Under the pieces are notes generated by a model. That model was given only the letters and a program-made list of their open reading frames with translations. It had not been told where the DNA came from and ran no database searches. A DNA stretch of 64,000 bases from Selaginella moellendorffii (Eukaryota; Plantae; Lycopodiophyta), in assembly GCF_000143415.4 (NCBI RefSeq), contig NW_003314289.1, positions 153,109 to 217,108 of the forward strand, given 5' to 3'. How positions within the stretch are numbered: the first letter of the stretch is position 1; each line of letters begins with the position of its first letter. Positions 27,856 to 40,839 of the stretch are shown one piece after another. The position numbers and the translations under genes were made by a program.

Positions 27856-29877
27856 ATGCGATGTTGTGGGTTTCCTTGTTTTGATAGAGCCAGGGCGGTG
27901 GTAGCGGTTTTTCTCGTTTTCTATTTGGTTTTGGGTGTGACTCTTGTTTTGGGCGATGACGATAGCGGCCGCCAGCGATCCCTGAGAATCCAGCGCGTTC
28001 TAGAAAAGATCAACAAGCCAGGCATCGCCAGCATCCAGGTCGCTAAGCATTTTCTTTTCTCCACTTCATTTGGGAAGTTCTCGACTAAAGAATCTTCTTC
28101 CTTGATGTTCTTCCTTAAATTATTCGTGGGTGAAGAGTCCTGATGGAGATATTATCGACTGCGTTCCCATCGCCAACCAGCCGGCATTCGATCATCCATT
28201 GCTGCAAGGCTCCAAGCTACAGGTTCTCATATAAATTCTCACTTCCTTAGAAATCTCCTCTAACTTTCATGCCTGCTTGTTTGATCGGTGGTAAACTTGG
28301 TTCCCACGTTTGCGTGTTTTCCTTCGAGCATTCGTATAGTTACGTGTTTCTTCTTGTTCTACCAGTTTGCTCGAGGCATTGGTGTCACTGATCGAGCGAA
28401 TTTTTTGCTATCAACTTTACAGATCTCGCCATCGAATTCCTCGTTTCTTCTGGCCTCCAAGAGTGGCAGAAAGATCCAGCAGCGATGGCACCAAGCCGGC
28501 CAGCGTTGTCCCAAAGGCAGCATTCCAGTCCGCCGGACGCTCGAGCTGGACGTGGAGAGAATCGCTCAGCAGCGCGAAAATCACTCGATCGATTCCTTTG
28601 CTCGCAAATCCCAGGGCCCTCCACACGTAGACAGCCACAAAAGCTTGCAAGCTGCGGTACCTTCTAGCTCCAGGCAACACGAGGTAAGGTTTTCTTTTTA
28701 TTCTTCTTCATTGTTCCTCCAAGTTGATGCATTTGGATTCTTCTCTTCGATCTTTGTTTTCGTGCTGCTGTTTTCCTGTTCACTTTTGTCATGTTTTATC
28801 TTCATTGCCTTACAGTTCATGTTCGCAACTTTGTCTCTGTGCAGCTTTCTTGCACCTTTTCTTTTTTTTAACTTTTTTTTTTTTTTTTGAGATTTAGCAC
28901 GCAATTGCGTATGCGGAGGGTGTGTTTTACGGAGCCGAGGCCGTGATCAACGTATGGGATCCGTCAGTAGAAGGTGCAGATGAGTTCAGCCTCTCGCAAG
29001 TCTGGATTCTCTCCGGAACTTTCAATGTTGATCTCAACAGTGTTGAAGCAGGCTGGCAGGTATTCAGACAGAAAAAAAAAATTTAAAAAAACACAAGAAA
29101 AAAGCAGAAACAACTCACAAGAATTTCCAGGTGAACCCCGCTCTCTACGGCGACAGGAATCCCCGATTCTTCACATACTGGACAGTAAGAAGTTTTCTTG
29201 TTTTGTGTTCATCTTTCTCAGGCCTTTCCAAATATCTCAGAGTGATTCTTACCGTGGCACTGGCTGCTACAACCTTCTGTGCGAAGGCTTCGTGCAAATC
29301 AACGACCAAGTCGTGCTGGGCGGAGCAGTCGCACCCGTTTCATCACTTAACGGCGTCCAATACGACATCCGCATCCTCATCTTCAAGGTACACACAAAAG
29401 CCTCCAAACTTTTCTCTTCAATCTTCTCAACATATCTCAAGCTCTAGAGAAAGAGATCTTCCATCGTCCCAAGAAACGTCTCACAAAACTCTGGAAACTT
29501 TTTATTCGTTTTCGCAGGACTTCATAACCGGCAATTGGTGGCTTCGCTATGGGGACGAGCTCATTGGCTACTGGCCTCCGCAGCTCTTCACTCACTTGGC
29601 CGGCTTTGCAAACGTGATTGAGTGGGGTGGCGAAGTGGTGAACACGAGACCAAACAACAGGCACACGGCAACACAGATGGGAAGCGGTCACTACCCGCAG
29701 TCAGGCTACGCGGTGGCCAGTTATCTCAAAAACCTTCGCGTGGTGGATCTCACCAGCTTGCTGCGCGGCCCGGCCAGCATTTTTACGCTGTCCACCAAGC
29801 CCGACTGCTACAGTATCCGATCCTCGGGTGGAACTTTCTTTTACGGGGGGCCTGGATTGAGTTCTTCCTGTCAATAA
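27856..29877 (+). CDS. Neprosin-like (DUF239) protein, copy 2
   Basis: Signal/TM segment, [72 protein letters not shown]. Confidence 0.92.
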
Positions 29878-30257
29878 CAAACAAATGTGTTAGATTGGAG
29901 GGAGGTGATTCCAAGAGGATGTTAGTGGTACAATTCCACTGATGATCAAAAACGTCGAGAGAAGGGCAAAAAGAGCAGATTGGCACTCAATGTGACTAAT
30001 AAGATTGATCTTCCAATTTATTCATGTGAGAGACAAGAAAAATTAAAATTTAAAATGTTTCTATGGTAATAAGAACAACCGAAATTTTTAATTGCTTTTT
30101 AAAAATGAGAAGTCTGGATTAAACGTTAAGAGTTTTGTACAGATACTCGAAACCTTATAATAAATGTTTGGAAATTACTTGAAACTGGTTTTGTCCTTGA
30201 AGAATCAAAGTGCAACTTACTACGCTTTACTGACGTAAGTTTACTTTTATCTCTTCT

Positions 30258-30610
30258 ATGTGGTGGTGGTGGTGGCGGAGATGGAAGATTAATCATTGAT
30301 TTACATAAGCTAGTCGGATTCTTACCGGAGATGGTGGCTGGGACAGGCGGTGGCCATCAAAGTCTTCAAGCGCATGGCGGCACTCGTCGCGCCACACCCC
30401 CACGTCCTCCAGGTGATCGGCTACCTGGGCACTGGCGATGGCGATCCGGTGGTCGTGATGGACCTCATGGAGATGGTGGTGATAGTAGTTTCGAGCTCTT
30501 GCTGCAAGTGTTTACTACCGAGGTCACAGGAAGCAAAAGAAGGCGAGCTTGAGTTCCTGGCTCGGGAAAGCTCTCGAGAGTGATGCCATGATCGTTCTGT
30601 AACATATATT
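30258..30610 (+). pseudogene. Inverted copy of the ALE2-like 3' UTR, containing a foreign kinase-fragment insert
   Basis: Matches the reverse complement of ~54370-54660. An extra segment at 30338-30479 encodes VAIKVF..HPHVLQVIG..VVMDLME. Confidence 0.75.
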
Positions 30611-30639
30611 TTTGCCAAAGAAAGGACGTTCCATCTTTT

Positions 30640-33600
30640 CGTAGACGCTAGGTAGTTTTCTTAATCTATCGCCGAGATCTTGAAACCAGGGGTAGGGTTT
30701 GATGATATTAGCGATATTGGTTATGCTGAGGCCATGTCCAAGTTCGTCGCCAGAGCTGCACGGCCGCATGAGGAGGAGGCAGCGGCGATGGACGTGCACG
30801 AATGCGCATGCATAGATGCCATGATCGCCAAATGGGACGAGACGCTGTTCCTGGTGCTGGCACTCTGCTACATCACCCGCCTCTCCAATGCCAAGAGGAG
30901 CGGGTGTGCTGCGACGCTGGGTTGGGATGGTGTGCGATCGCAAATGAACTGCATGATTGATTTCGCTCACCGGGTGCTTCTCTCACCAACTGGACTTCCA
31001 AGCCTTGCCATGCTAGACGCATCGACAGATGAGGAGCATCTGGAGCACCTATCGAGCAAGTTTTGCAAGGACAAAGGTTTGTATCCAGACCAAATTTTCA
31101 TTTTCTTACGATATTGTTTTGGAAGTGAGCCCCAAGGAGGTGGAGCATGCCACTATCGACACAGATCTCTTCTCTGCTGAGCCTTACTGCAAGCCTTGCA
31201 ATGGGGAATTCAGATGTAAGAAGTCTTTTTTTTTCCTAGTTTCTTGTTGACAACACTTTCAGGGCATTGTAAAGATCAAAACAAAATAGATGCTCTTGGA
31301 AATAAATTTGGGAGAAAATGGAATGTCCATTTATTTTTTCTAAAATATTAACTCCAAAAATGGCTAAAATGCATCTTAAACGAAGATGATACTGCAATAA
31401 CAAATTTAAATCATTTAAGGAACTACCATTGTGAGTGCTTGGAATATGGAAAGGGAATACAGAAATGTGCATATCAATTAGCCCAAAAACCCTAGTTTAT
31501 ATACAGGAGCGAGTGGTCCAAATTGAAACTAATCCGACGGCTACCAAAATCCCACTACGCTAATATTAGTATACAGCATCATAGCCGTACACTTGGCCCT
31601 CACATCATCCCCTCCTCTCAGAATAATGGAAGACTGTCAGGGTTCTCTTATAGATGGGCCGGGATCTGGAGGAACATCAGGAGGAGGCATCAGCAGATCT
31701 GTAGGTGGTATTAACTGCTCCTGATCCCTTTGTGTGAAGCATTTCAACCGCTGCACATGCACAATCTCTGAAGGATCAACTTGCTAGACATCATGCTGAA
31801 CCTCATAAACTTGAGGTCCAACTGGCCGCAACACCCGATATGGTCCTTTCCACTGCGCAAGGAGCCCCTTAGATAAACCACGTACCGTAAGATGGGGAAA
31901 ATGGACTAACACCAAATCATCCACTTTGTACTCCGCAGGTGGACAATGATAGAAGTTGTACTGCCGTTGTTGTCCCACTTGTATGCGACCTAAGTGTTTG
32001 GTAGACTCCACTCGGACAAATGGAAGAATGCTCATCAAATACTGATCCCACGACCTAGCATCTGCAGTTCGTGGCAATCGTGAAGGTAAACCCAGCTCCG
32101 TTGGTAATATTGGATCATGACCATATAAAAGTTTATATGGTGAAGCACCAACAGAACTCTGCACCCCTGTGACATATGCATACTGAAGAGACGGCAAATA
32201 ACCATCCCAATCCGAATGCTGAAAGTTCACATACTTCGCAATCATCCCCTTGAATGTCCGAACGAGCCATTCCACCAGACCGTCTGATTGTGGATGATAA
32301 GCACTCGTGAAAGTGTGGCGTATTCCCATCCGAGATGTCAAAATATGAAATGCCTTAGCCATAAATGCAGGACCATTATCCAAAAGAATCCATTCTGGAC
32401 AAGAATGCTGGAACACCACTCGATTGAGGAGGAAGTATCTAACAGCAGTTGGACAGGCACTAGCAAGAGCACCAACTTCCACTCAGCAAGTCAAGTAGTC
32501 AGAAGCAATAATAACATACTCATTGCCAGCAGTCAACCGTGGAAAAGGTCCCGTACGATCAAACACCACCAACTCAAACGGACGGGAAACTACAATTGAC
32601 TCCAACCGTCCTTATGTAGCCCGAGGGGGAGTATTACAAGCTTGGCACCAAATGCAACTACGCACATACTGGATAATATCACATCGCATCTCCGGCCAAT
32701 AGAAAGATCTACGTAGCTTCTCAATTACACGACAATGTCCCATATGCCCACCTAGAACAGGAGAATCATGGTAGGCATGGAGAAACCATGGAATAAAGAT
32801 AGAAGGCATCACCAGCCGTAAATGATCATTAGGATCCGTCCCCACAAAATAAAGAAGGTTGTCTTCGAGGCGATATTGAGAATGTAAATGCCGGAAAGGC
32901 AAGTCATCAACAAGTGATGCAGGATTCTCAAACCCATCTCGAAGCCTTCGAATCCACGGCTCAAGCTTTTGAGCCTCACGAACCTCATCAAGAGAAGGTA
33001 GATCTTGCTCTGCGCCTTGTGGACATTGAACGTCAAGTACAACAATTGCCGACGGCACAAAATCCTCATCTAGAAAATCCACAGAGGCTGGAATAACAAG
33101 CTCGTCAGAAACATGAGAAGAGAATGGAGAAGGAAGAGGAACTCGAGAAAGGGCATCAGCATCAGCCAAAGAACTCCCTAGGCAATGAACAACATCAAAA
33201 TCATATATCTGAAACTCAAAGCCCATTAAGCAGTACGACCAACCAGGTTCTTCCACTTCAATAATGAAGTAACAGCAGCATGGTCACCTTCAAGTAACGT
33301 CCGAGAACCATGTAGATATGCATGAAGTTTTTTGAAACCCCAAACTGCTGCTAAACACTCCTCTGTCATGGATTAGTTCATTTCCACTGGTTGTAATGTA
33401 CGGCTTTTATACGGAATGGGATGGCGCTGACCAGGCACACTCAAGCTCTCTTGCATCAACACACCTCCAAGACCAATGTCATAAGCATCCATGCGCAAAA
33501 TAAAAGGTCGAGTGTAGTCAAGATATACCAAAACCGGAGGAGTCGTCAATAGCTCTTTGAGATCCTCGAACGCCCGCTCACAATCCGGAGACCAAATGAA

Positions 33601-36600
33601 AGATGATGTTGATGACTTCAGCAACGTTCGCAATGGTGCAATGCAATCAGAAAGATGATCCACAAAACAACCAAAATACTGCACCTTGCCCAAAAAGCGT
33701 TGCACATCAATCACACACTTTGGAGTAGGGAACTTTAGAACAGCCACAAGTTTGTCAGGATCAACTTGGAAACCCTCACGAGAAATATGGTACCCAAGAT
33801 AAGTTGTATCCTTGGACCCAAACACGCACTTCATCCGCTTCAGCTTTAAACCAACGTCGCATAGCCGATCCAACACTTTACAAACATCACGAACATGTTC
33901 CTCCCATGTCCCCTCCGAATGGATCAAGACATCATCAATGAAGTCAGCAGTCACTTCCGGCATATCGCAAAGAACCTCGTCCATCATCCGTTGGAAAGTT
34001 GCTGGAGCATTGTTCAAACCAAACGGCATCACCAAGAACTCGTACAAACCAAATGGTGTACGAAAAGCAGTCTTCGGAATATCTTCTTCGGCCATCGGTA
34101 CTTGCCAGTACCCAAAAGCAAGATCTAGCTTGGTGAACCAACGACTTCGCCCCAGACGATCCAAGAGATCAGTAGTGTGAGGAAGAGGATACACATCTGG
34201 GATCGTCACTTCGTTTAACGGACAATAGTCAATGCAGAAACGAATACTCCCATCAGGCTTCGTCACAAGATGAGGTTCCCAAGCCCAAGGACTCTCGGCA
34301 GCACCCGCAATGACTGCAACTCAAGCTCGAGATCGCCCACACGCACAACTAAGTCCACCTCATCCCGTGCACAGGCATGCGTACGGCCGTTGCCATAAAG
34401 AATGAAAACTGGTTCTGCTACACGATGCAAGTGTAGACGGTAACGTGTGGCAACAGGTCGAGCAATAGAAGATAAACTCGAACCTGTATCAACCAACACG
34501 GAGAGAATAATAGGAAACCTCTTGTTATAAAAACGAGCTTGGAAAGTAAACACTGGATGAACCGGTGCCGAGTGAACCCCTTGATGATATTCCCGAAAGA
34601 AAGATGGAGGGGTCACTGACTTATTCGCGCAAGGTCCCTCCATTACTCGCGTGACTTCTCGTTTCCCGGATGCACCTCGGTGTCCAAACCTTCCACCACA
34701 ACAGCACCAACGGGACGTTGCTGATGCCAAGGTCTCCACCCAGGAAATGGAGGTCGCCAATTCAGAAAGCACCGACAATGCCGATAAGTATGACCAACTT
34801 CACCACACGCCCAGCAACAAACATCACAGCTACGACCACGCCCTCGCCCTTGTCCTTGGACTCGAGTAGCAGCAGCATCAACCTCCATTGGAACAGGACC
34901 ATCACTCATAGGAAGTGGAGCGGAAGGACGTGCAGCGAGAAGTGGAAGAGGCAACGTCTCATAATGTTGTGCCAAGCGAAGAGCATCGTCAAGGGTGGCA
35001 GGAGCAAGTGCATGCACAAGGCCGACAAGATCTCGATGAAGTGTTGGCCACAACATTCCTAGCTTGATCCGCTCCGACATATTGGGCTCCACACGAAGCA
35101 AAAGACTTCGGAAACGAACACCAAATTGCATCACCGACTCAGATGGCCCTTAGCGAAGATGATGCAATTGTTGGAAGGCATCGTCACAATCGTCGGCATG
35201 TCCGAAGGCGTGTTTGAAGACGTCCGGAAGAACACTCCAATCCTCACGAGTGGCCGCACTCAATCCATTGTACCACTGCAATGCCATCCCTTGGAGACAC
35301 ATGGGAAACTCACGCAAACATCGAGCATCATCCCAAGAATGATATATGAATCACCATGAAGTGATAGAACCAATGGTACACATCATCCCCAGGATTCCCA
35401 CCAAAGAACTCCGGCCAAACGCGAGGATTGGCACCAAGAGCAGGAGGAGTTGGACCACGTGCTGTGAATGCCGCCATCAATTGAGTTTGGTTGTTCAATT
35501 ATAAGCGCATAACATCAAGCAATTGGACCAACTGCTACTCTATAGTCAAAGGAGGAGATTGCTGATCTACCATGAAGACGGACGAAGAAAGAGCAAAAGA
35601 AGAGAAACGACAAAAAATGAGAAGGAAATGGGAGATCTAGACAATGCAAAAAGCTAGATTTAAACCAAAATCCTGAAAGGGAAGAACAAAAGAAAGGAAA
35701 TGGAAAAAGCTAGATTTAGATGATGCAAAAACTAAATCTAAACCAAAATCCCAAATTCAAGCACTTCTCAGGGACAATCAAAAGTGCCCCTCACCTCCAC
35801 CAATGTGAGTGCTTGGAATATGAAAAAGGAATACAGAAATGTGTATATCAATTAGCCCAAAAACCTTAGTTTATATACAGAAGTGAGTGGTCCGGATTGA
35901 AACTAATCCGACGGCTACCAAAATCCCACTACGCTAATATTAGTATACGGCATCGTAACCATACACTTGGCCCTCACACCACGAAGATATAAACATAAAT
36001 ATTGCCTATATCTTAGGGGAAAGCAGAAAAGAAGTGAAACATCAAATTCTCCCTTTGAATATCACATTTATGGGGGAAGTACCAAAGCTACTGGACTTGT
36101 TGTAAACTGGAACTTCTTCCCCGTGGACAACATGAACTCAAATTCTTGAAATCCCTGACCTTTATAAGTTCTTTCCACAAGGGTGGAACATGCAATCGGT
36201 TGTGCGTGACCAAGCTCAACGAGACCAAGTAAAACTGGTTTACTCGCAGCTTGCAGGACATCGAGTACGGTCGCCTTGCCTGTTTGTCGAAATGGACAGC
36301 GTGGAGTCTGCACCCCTGCGGGTCAAGGAACTGGTACTGCTGGATCCACAACAACAAGCTCCTGCGATCGCTCCTCCTCGAGAGACCACCGCTGTCCATA
36401 CCATGCCATCTCGGCTTGCACGCAGAACGCTCGCATCTGGCTTGGGTGCTACGACCTCCGAATCTATTACGACCACAAGTTGACGTGTAAGTTTTGTGCC
36501 TCTCCAGAGTTATATATGTTCAAGTGTTTTGTTGGACTAGATGGCCGGCTTGGGACACAGGATTATAGCACGCAAGAGGAGGGGGAGGTATGTACATGTT

Positions 36601-37100
36601 TGTGTGTGCAAGCTTTTATTCTTTTCTTTCTTGCCAGGTTCTATCAAATGGTTTCTGCAAGGAGCGCACTCCGTCCTTCATGGAGAAAGCTGCGAGGGTC
36701 TGCACTATGGTAGACATGTGGTACGAGCATCCATTCTCTACCAAATCTGGGCATGGTTTTCTTTTTGTGATGCAGGGTGTTCCCCAGCCAAATGGAAAAG
36801 GCATGGCTCATGAACATGCGGCCACGATCTCGCAAAGCCACCGGACACAGCAATATGGCGTGCTTCCTGTGGTGGTTCCAAAAGAGCAGCCCAAGATTGA
36901 AGGCCGCGTTCTTTCCACTATCAACTATAAATACACCCAGTACAACAAAGTTGAAACACAGCGAAGATGGTCTTCTTCCACCCCACACCGAGGCCTTCTC
37001 AAGTAAGGAGCTCAAAAGAGAGGAGATTCCAGTACCAGCTCGTTTCTGCGACATCATTAATGTAATATCAACTAGTTCAATGGAGTGATTTCTCTCTCTG
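30640..37100 (+). pseudogene. Family X copy 1, split by the gypsy element
   Basis: KPGVGF..AMSKFVA..ETLFLVLALCYI at 30680-31180. Homology to copy 2 breaks at ~31275 and resumes at ~36030. Deletions and frameshifts. Confidence 0.85.
31430..35978 (-). mobile_element. Full-length but mutated Ty3/gypsy LTR retrotransposon (gag-PR-RT-RH-INT)
   Basis: 175-bp LTRs at 31430-31604 and 35804-35978 (TGTGAG..CTCACA). PBS TGGTGGAGGTGAGGGG and PPT AGAGGAGGGGATGA on the minus strand. CCHC knuckle, LVDTGS protease, RT (FGLNNAPATFQR, FIDD), integrase H-H-C-C, DNG, YHPQSDG, GPY. Stops and frameshifts. Confidence 0.97.
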
Positions 37101-37596
37101 AGGCGATGCTTAGATGGCGTCGTTGCCTGCGTAGTGCACACACGGTTAGCGATCCTTTCCTTGTTACCTGTTTGAGCTAAGATGGAGCCATTCAACTTAA
37201 ATGCGAAAGAGAAGAAATACTATATGTGGACACGACCAAGTTCGAGGCTCTGGTATGTGAGAAAGTCTTTCTCCTGGCTTTGATTTCCCTTTTCCCTCCT
37301 TTCTTCCAGGACGCATGGCTTGACAGTGCGGAGGTAGACACTTTGAATGCCTCACGAGAAAAGTTAAAGAAGTTTCCGAGCACAACATTTCCCCTCGAGA
37401 TATCAGGCTCACAAAGAAGCGGATTGCTGATGCGCTGGAGCCTGGAGAAATGGTGCTTGTTTTTTATTGTTCGGCATTGTCATGCTTGGTAGTAGCATTC
37501 TATTGTCTTGGGTATGCCACTTACGCGAGCAGTATTCCTTTTGTCTTTCACTGAATGCATGCATATGCTTGTGCCTAGCATAAACATCTCTGTGGA

Positions 37597-38570
37597 TCTT
37601 GACGAGATGAACCACATTTCTACTGAGTAATAGGAACATTCAGGTAAGCATTGATTTTCAAAAGTGTAGTTTTGCTCCTTGTCCTCCGGGAAACTGGGCT
37701 CTGGTTGTCGCAGTTACGTAGCTCCAGAGTATGCAATGACCGGACATCTTTTGGTGAAGAGCGATGTCTACCGCTACGGGGTCGTGCTACTGGGGCTACT
37801 GTCGGGCAGAAGTCGGTCGACATGTCCCAGCCACCCGGTCAAATAAATCTAGTCACATGGGCAAAGACCGCTGCTCAACAGCAAGGAGGGACTGGAGATC
37901 CTCGGCTCTAAACAATGTTCCATTCGACAACCTCGTCAGGGTGGCAGCGATCACCTCCAGCCGGACGTCTCTCACAGGCCTCTCATGCAGTCGTCCAGGC
38001 GTTGAAGCTAATGTACAACGACTCGGACGCCAGCGATGGTATCGTGTCCGGCAATGGCAGCATGCCCAGGGAAAGCCAGCAGCAGGACGTAAAGTCGGGT
38101 GGAACGTACGCAAGCGGTGGTGGTGGTGGCGGTGGTGACAACGAGAGAATCCGCACTGTGGCGAGACACGGCTGGGAGAGTGGCTCGTTCAACAGCATTG
38201 ACTACGACTCTAGGACGTTTGGTGGAGATCGGGCGGGGAAGCCGAAGCGTCCTTGGTACCGAGTGAGAAACGCGTAATGAGATAGTGAGTGAGTCGGCGC
38301 TACTGCGGTACGGACGATGCTAACAGGAACGACCATAGTGACAGCTTTTAGAGGGAGAGGGGCGGCGGGGGTGGTGGTGGCGGAGATGGAAGGGATGGAT
38401 TGATAGTTGTTTCACGCAGGCTAGTCGTATTCTTGCTCGAGATGATGGTTTCGAGCTCGGCTTCTCATCGATTTGGATCTTCTTGATGGGTGTTTGCTAC
38501 TGGAGCAAAAGAAGGCGAGCTTGAGTTCCTGGCTCGGGAAACAAGCAAGATGGTGGTAGTTTGTAACATA
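37597..38570 (+). pseudogene. ALE2-like kinase 3' fragment (end of the penultimate exon, last intron, last exon, 3' UTR)
   Basis: Reverse complement of ~54370-55580 with frameshifts ([34 protein letters not shown]). The intron is retained. Confidence 0.92.
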
Positions 38571-38636
38571 TGCCAGAGTATCGAATAAACGGCTTAATAG
38601 TAAACGTATTGCACAGTATTGGGGCGCCGCGCAGCA

Positions 38637-40527
38637 ATGCTTTCCAGGTTTTCCAGTTCTTTTCGTAGAAGTCTCTCGACGCTAGGCAGTTTTTCTCCGC
38701 TGCCCTCGCGGGGTCGTTGGTCTCCGCTTCCGGGCAGTTTATCTGCGGATCTGAGGCGTACGCTTCATCTATCGCCCGTGTATCGTACCGAGATTTTGAA
38801 ACCAGGGGTAGGGTTTAATGATCTTGTCAACGCAAGGGGTATTGGTTATGCTGGGGCCATGTCCAAGTTCGTCGCCAAAGCTGCACGGGCGCATGAGGAG
38901 GAGGCAGCGGCGATGGACGTGCACGAATGCGTGTGCATAGATGCCATGATCGCCAAATGGCATGCTGAAGATCCGGACGAGACGCTGTTCCTGGTGCTGG
39001 CACTCTGCTACATCGCCCGCCTCTCCGATGCCGAGAGGAGCGCGTGCGCTGCAACGCTGGGCTGGGACGGCGCGCGAGCGCAGATGGACTGCATGGTTGA
39101 TTTCGCTCGCCGGGTGCTGCTCTCGCGGACTCCAACCCTTGACTCGTTAGAAGCATCGAGGCAAGACGAGGAGGTGACGGAGCACCTGGAGCGTTTGTGG
39201 AGCGCGTTTTGCAGGGAGAGGAACATGAAAGGTTTGTAACTTTTCTTGGTTTTCTAATGGCGGTTTTGGATCTTTGTTTTGGAAGTGTGCTCCAAGGAGG
39301 TGGCGCGCACCGATATCGATATGGATTTCTTTCCTGCAGAGCCTTACCGCAAGCCTTGCAATGGGGAATTTAGATGTAAGAAGTTTTTTATTTACCTGGT
39401 TTCTCTTGTCGACAACTCTTTCAGGGCGCTGCAAAGGGGACGTGGAGGAGAAGTGGGACATCAAATTCTCCCCTCTGAGTACCACGTTTGCGGGGGAAGT
39501 GCCAAAGCTACTGGACTTGGTATCCAAAGTTGTGAACAGCGACTTCTTCTTTTTTCACCCGGTGGACAACATGGTGAGTAACTCAAATTCTTGAAATCTC
39601 TGATCTTTATAAGTTCTGTCCACAGGGGTGGAATATGCGATCGGTTGTGCGTGACCAAGCTCGACGAGACCAAGTAAAATTGGTTTACTCGCTGCTTGCA
39701 GGACATCGAGTCCCGCCGCCTTGGCCGTTTGTCGAAATGGACGGCGTCATGTCTGCACCCCTGCGGGTCAAGGAACTGGTACTGCTGCTCGAAGGGATCC
39801 ACAACAACAAGCTCCTGCGATCGCTCGCCCTCGAGAGGCCACCGCTGTCCGTGTTGCCGCACTACCATGCCATCTCGGTTTGCACGCAGCACGCTCGCAT
39901 CTGGCTTGGGCGCTACGACCTCCGAATCTATTACGACCACAAGTTGACGTGTAAGTTTTGTGCCTCTCCAGAGTTATATATGTTCAAGTGTTTTGTTGGA
40001 CTAGATGGCCGGCTTGGGACGCAGGATTCTAGCACGCAAGAGGAGGAGGAGGTATGTACATGTTTGTGTGTGCAAGCTTTTATTCTTTTCTTTCTTGCCA
40101 GGTTCTAGCAAATGGTTTCTACAAGGAGCGCACTCCGTCCTTTATGGAGAAAGCTGTGAGGATATGCACTATGGGAGAGATGTGGTACTAGCACTAGCAT
40201 CCATTCTCTAACACACATTAAAATATCGGCATGATTTGTTTATACAGGGTGTCCTCCAGCGAAAAGGAAGAGGCATGGCTGATGAACATGTGGCCAGAGG
40301 ACTACGATCTCGCAAAGCCACCGGACACAGCGATGTGGCGTGCTTATAGACAATACGTTGGGCATCCCGTGGTGGTTCCAAAAGAGCAGTCCAAGATTGG
40401 AGCAGCCCGAGTCCTTTCGGATATCGACTATGAATACACCCGGTACCTTGGCTGGGAGACAAAGTCGAAACACAGCGAAGATGGTCTTTTTCCACTACCC
40501 GTACCAACTCTCCATGAAATCTTATAA
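38637..40527 (+). CDS. Family X copy 2: intact orphan gene, 7 exons, 522 aa, putative mitochondrial presequence
   Basis: Exons 38637-39231, 39286-39375, 39425-39573, 39626-39950, 40005-40051, 40102-40184 and 40248-40527 splice GT-AG into 1569 nt with no internal stop. N-terminus MLSRFSSSFRRSLSTL. Confidence 0.8.
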
Positions 40528-40839
40528 ATTAAAAAGCTGTATGAAGAGTAAAGAATATATCTAGAATATCCCGGCATATTCTAAAGTATTTTTTAAGCCA
40601 ACGGTCGAGATTTCTCCTGTTATACTAATTTCCCTCCGCACCTGCTATTCGCGGCGATCTGGATCCTCGTGAGATTTTGTTCCTTCCAAAGTTCCTTACA
40701 CATGACAGTTCATGAGCTCAAATCAGTGGAAACCACGAGTCAGGAGGCATTGTTTCATCAACCATGTTCAAATGCCTGTGCAAAACAGAAATCTAGTCTA
40801 TAGTTCTAAAGTGGAGAGCATATAAATCTGTTATTTATA

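Noticed and set aside
31275-31429. AT-rich non-X sequence flanking the gypsy element (continues 35979-36030)
   Set aside because: Looks like an older small insertion that the retrotransposon landed in, but its source and termini could not be identified.
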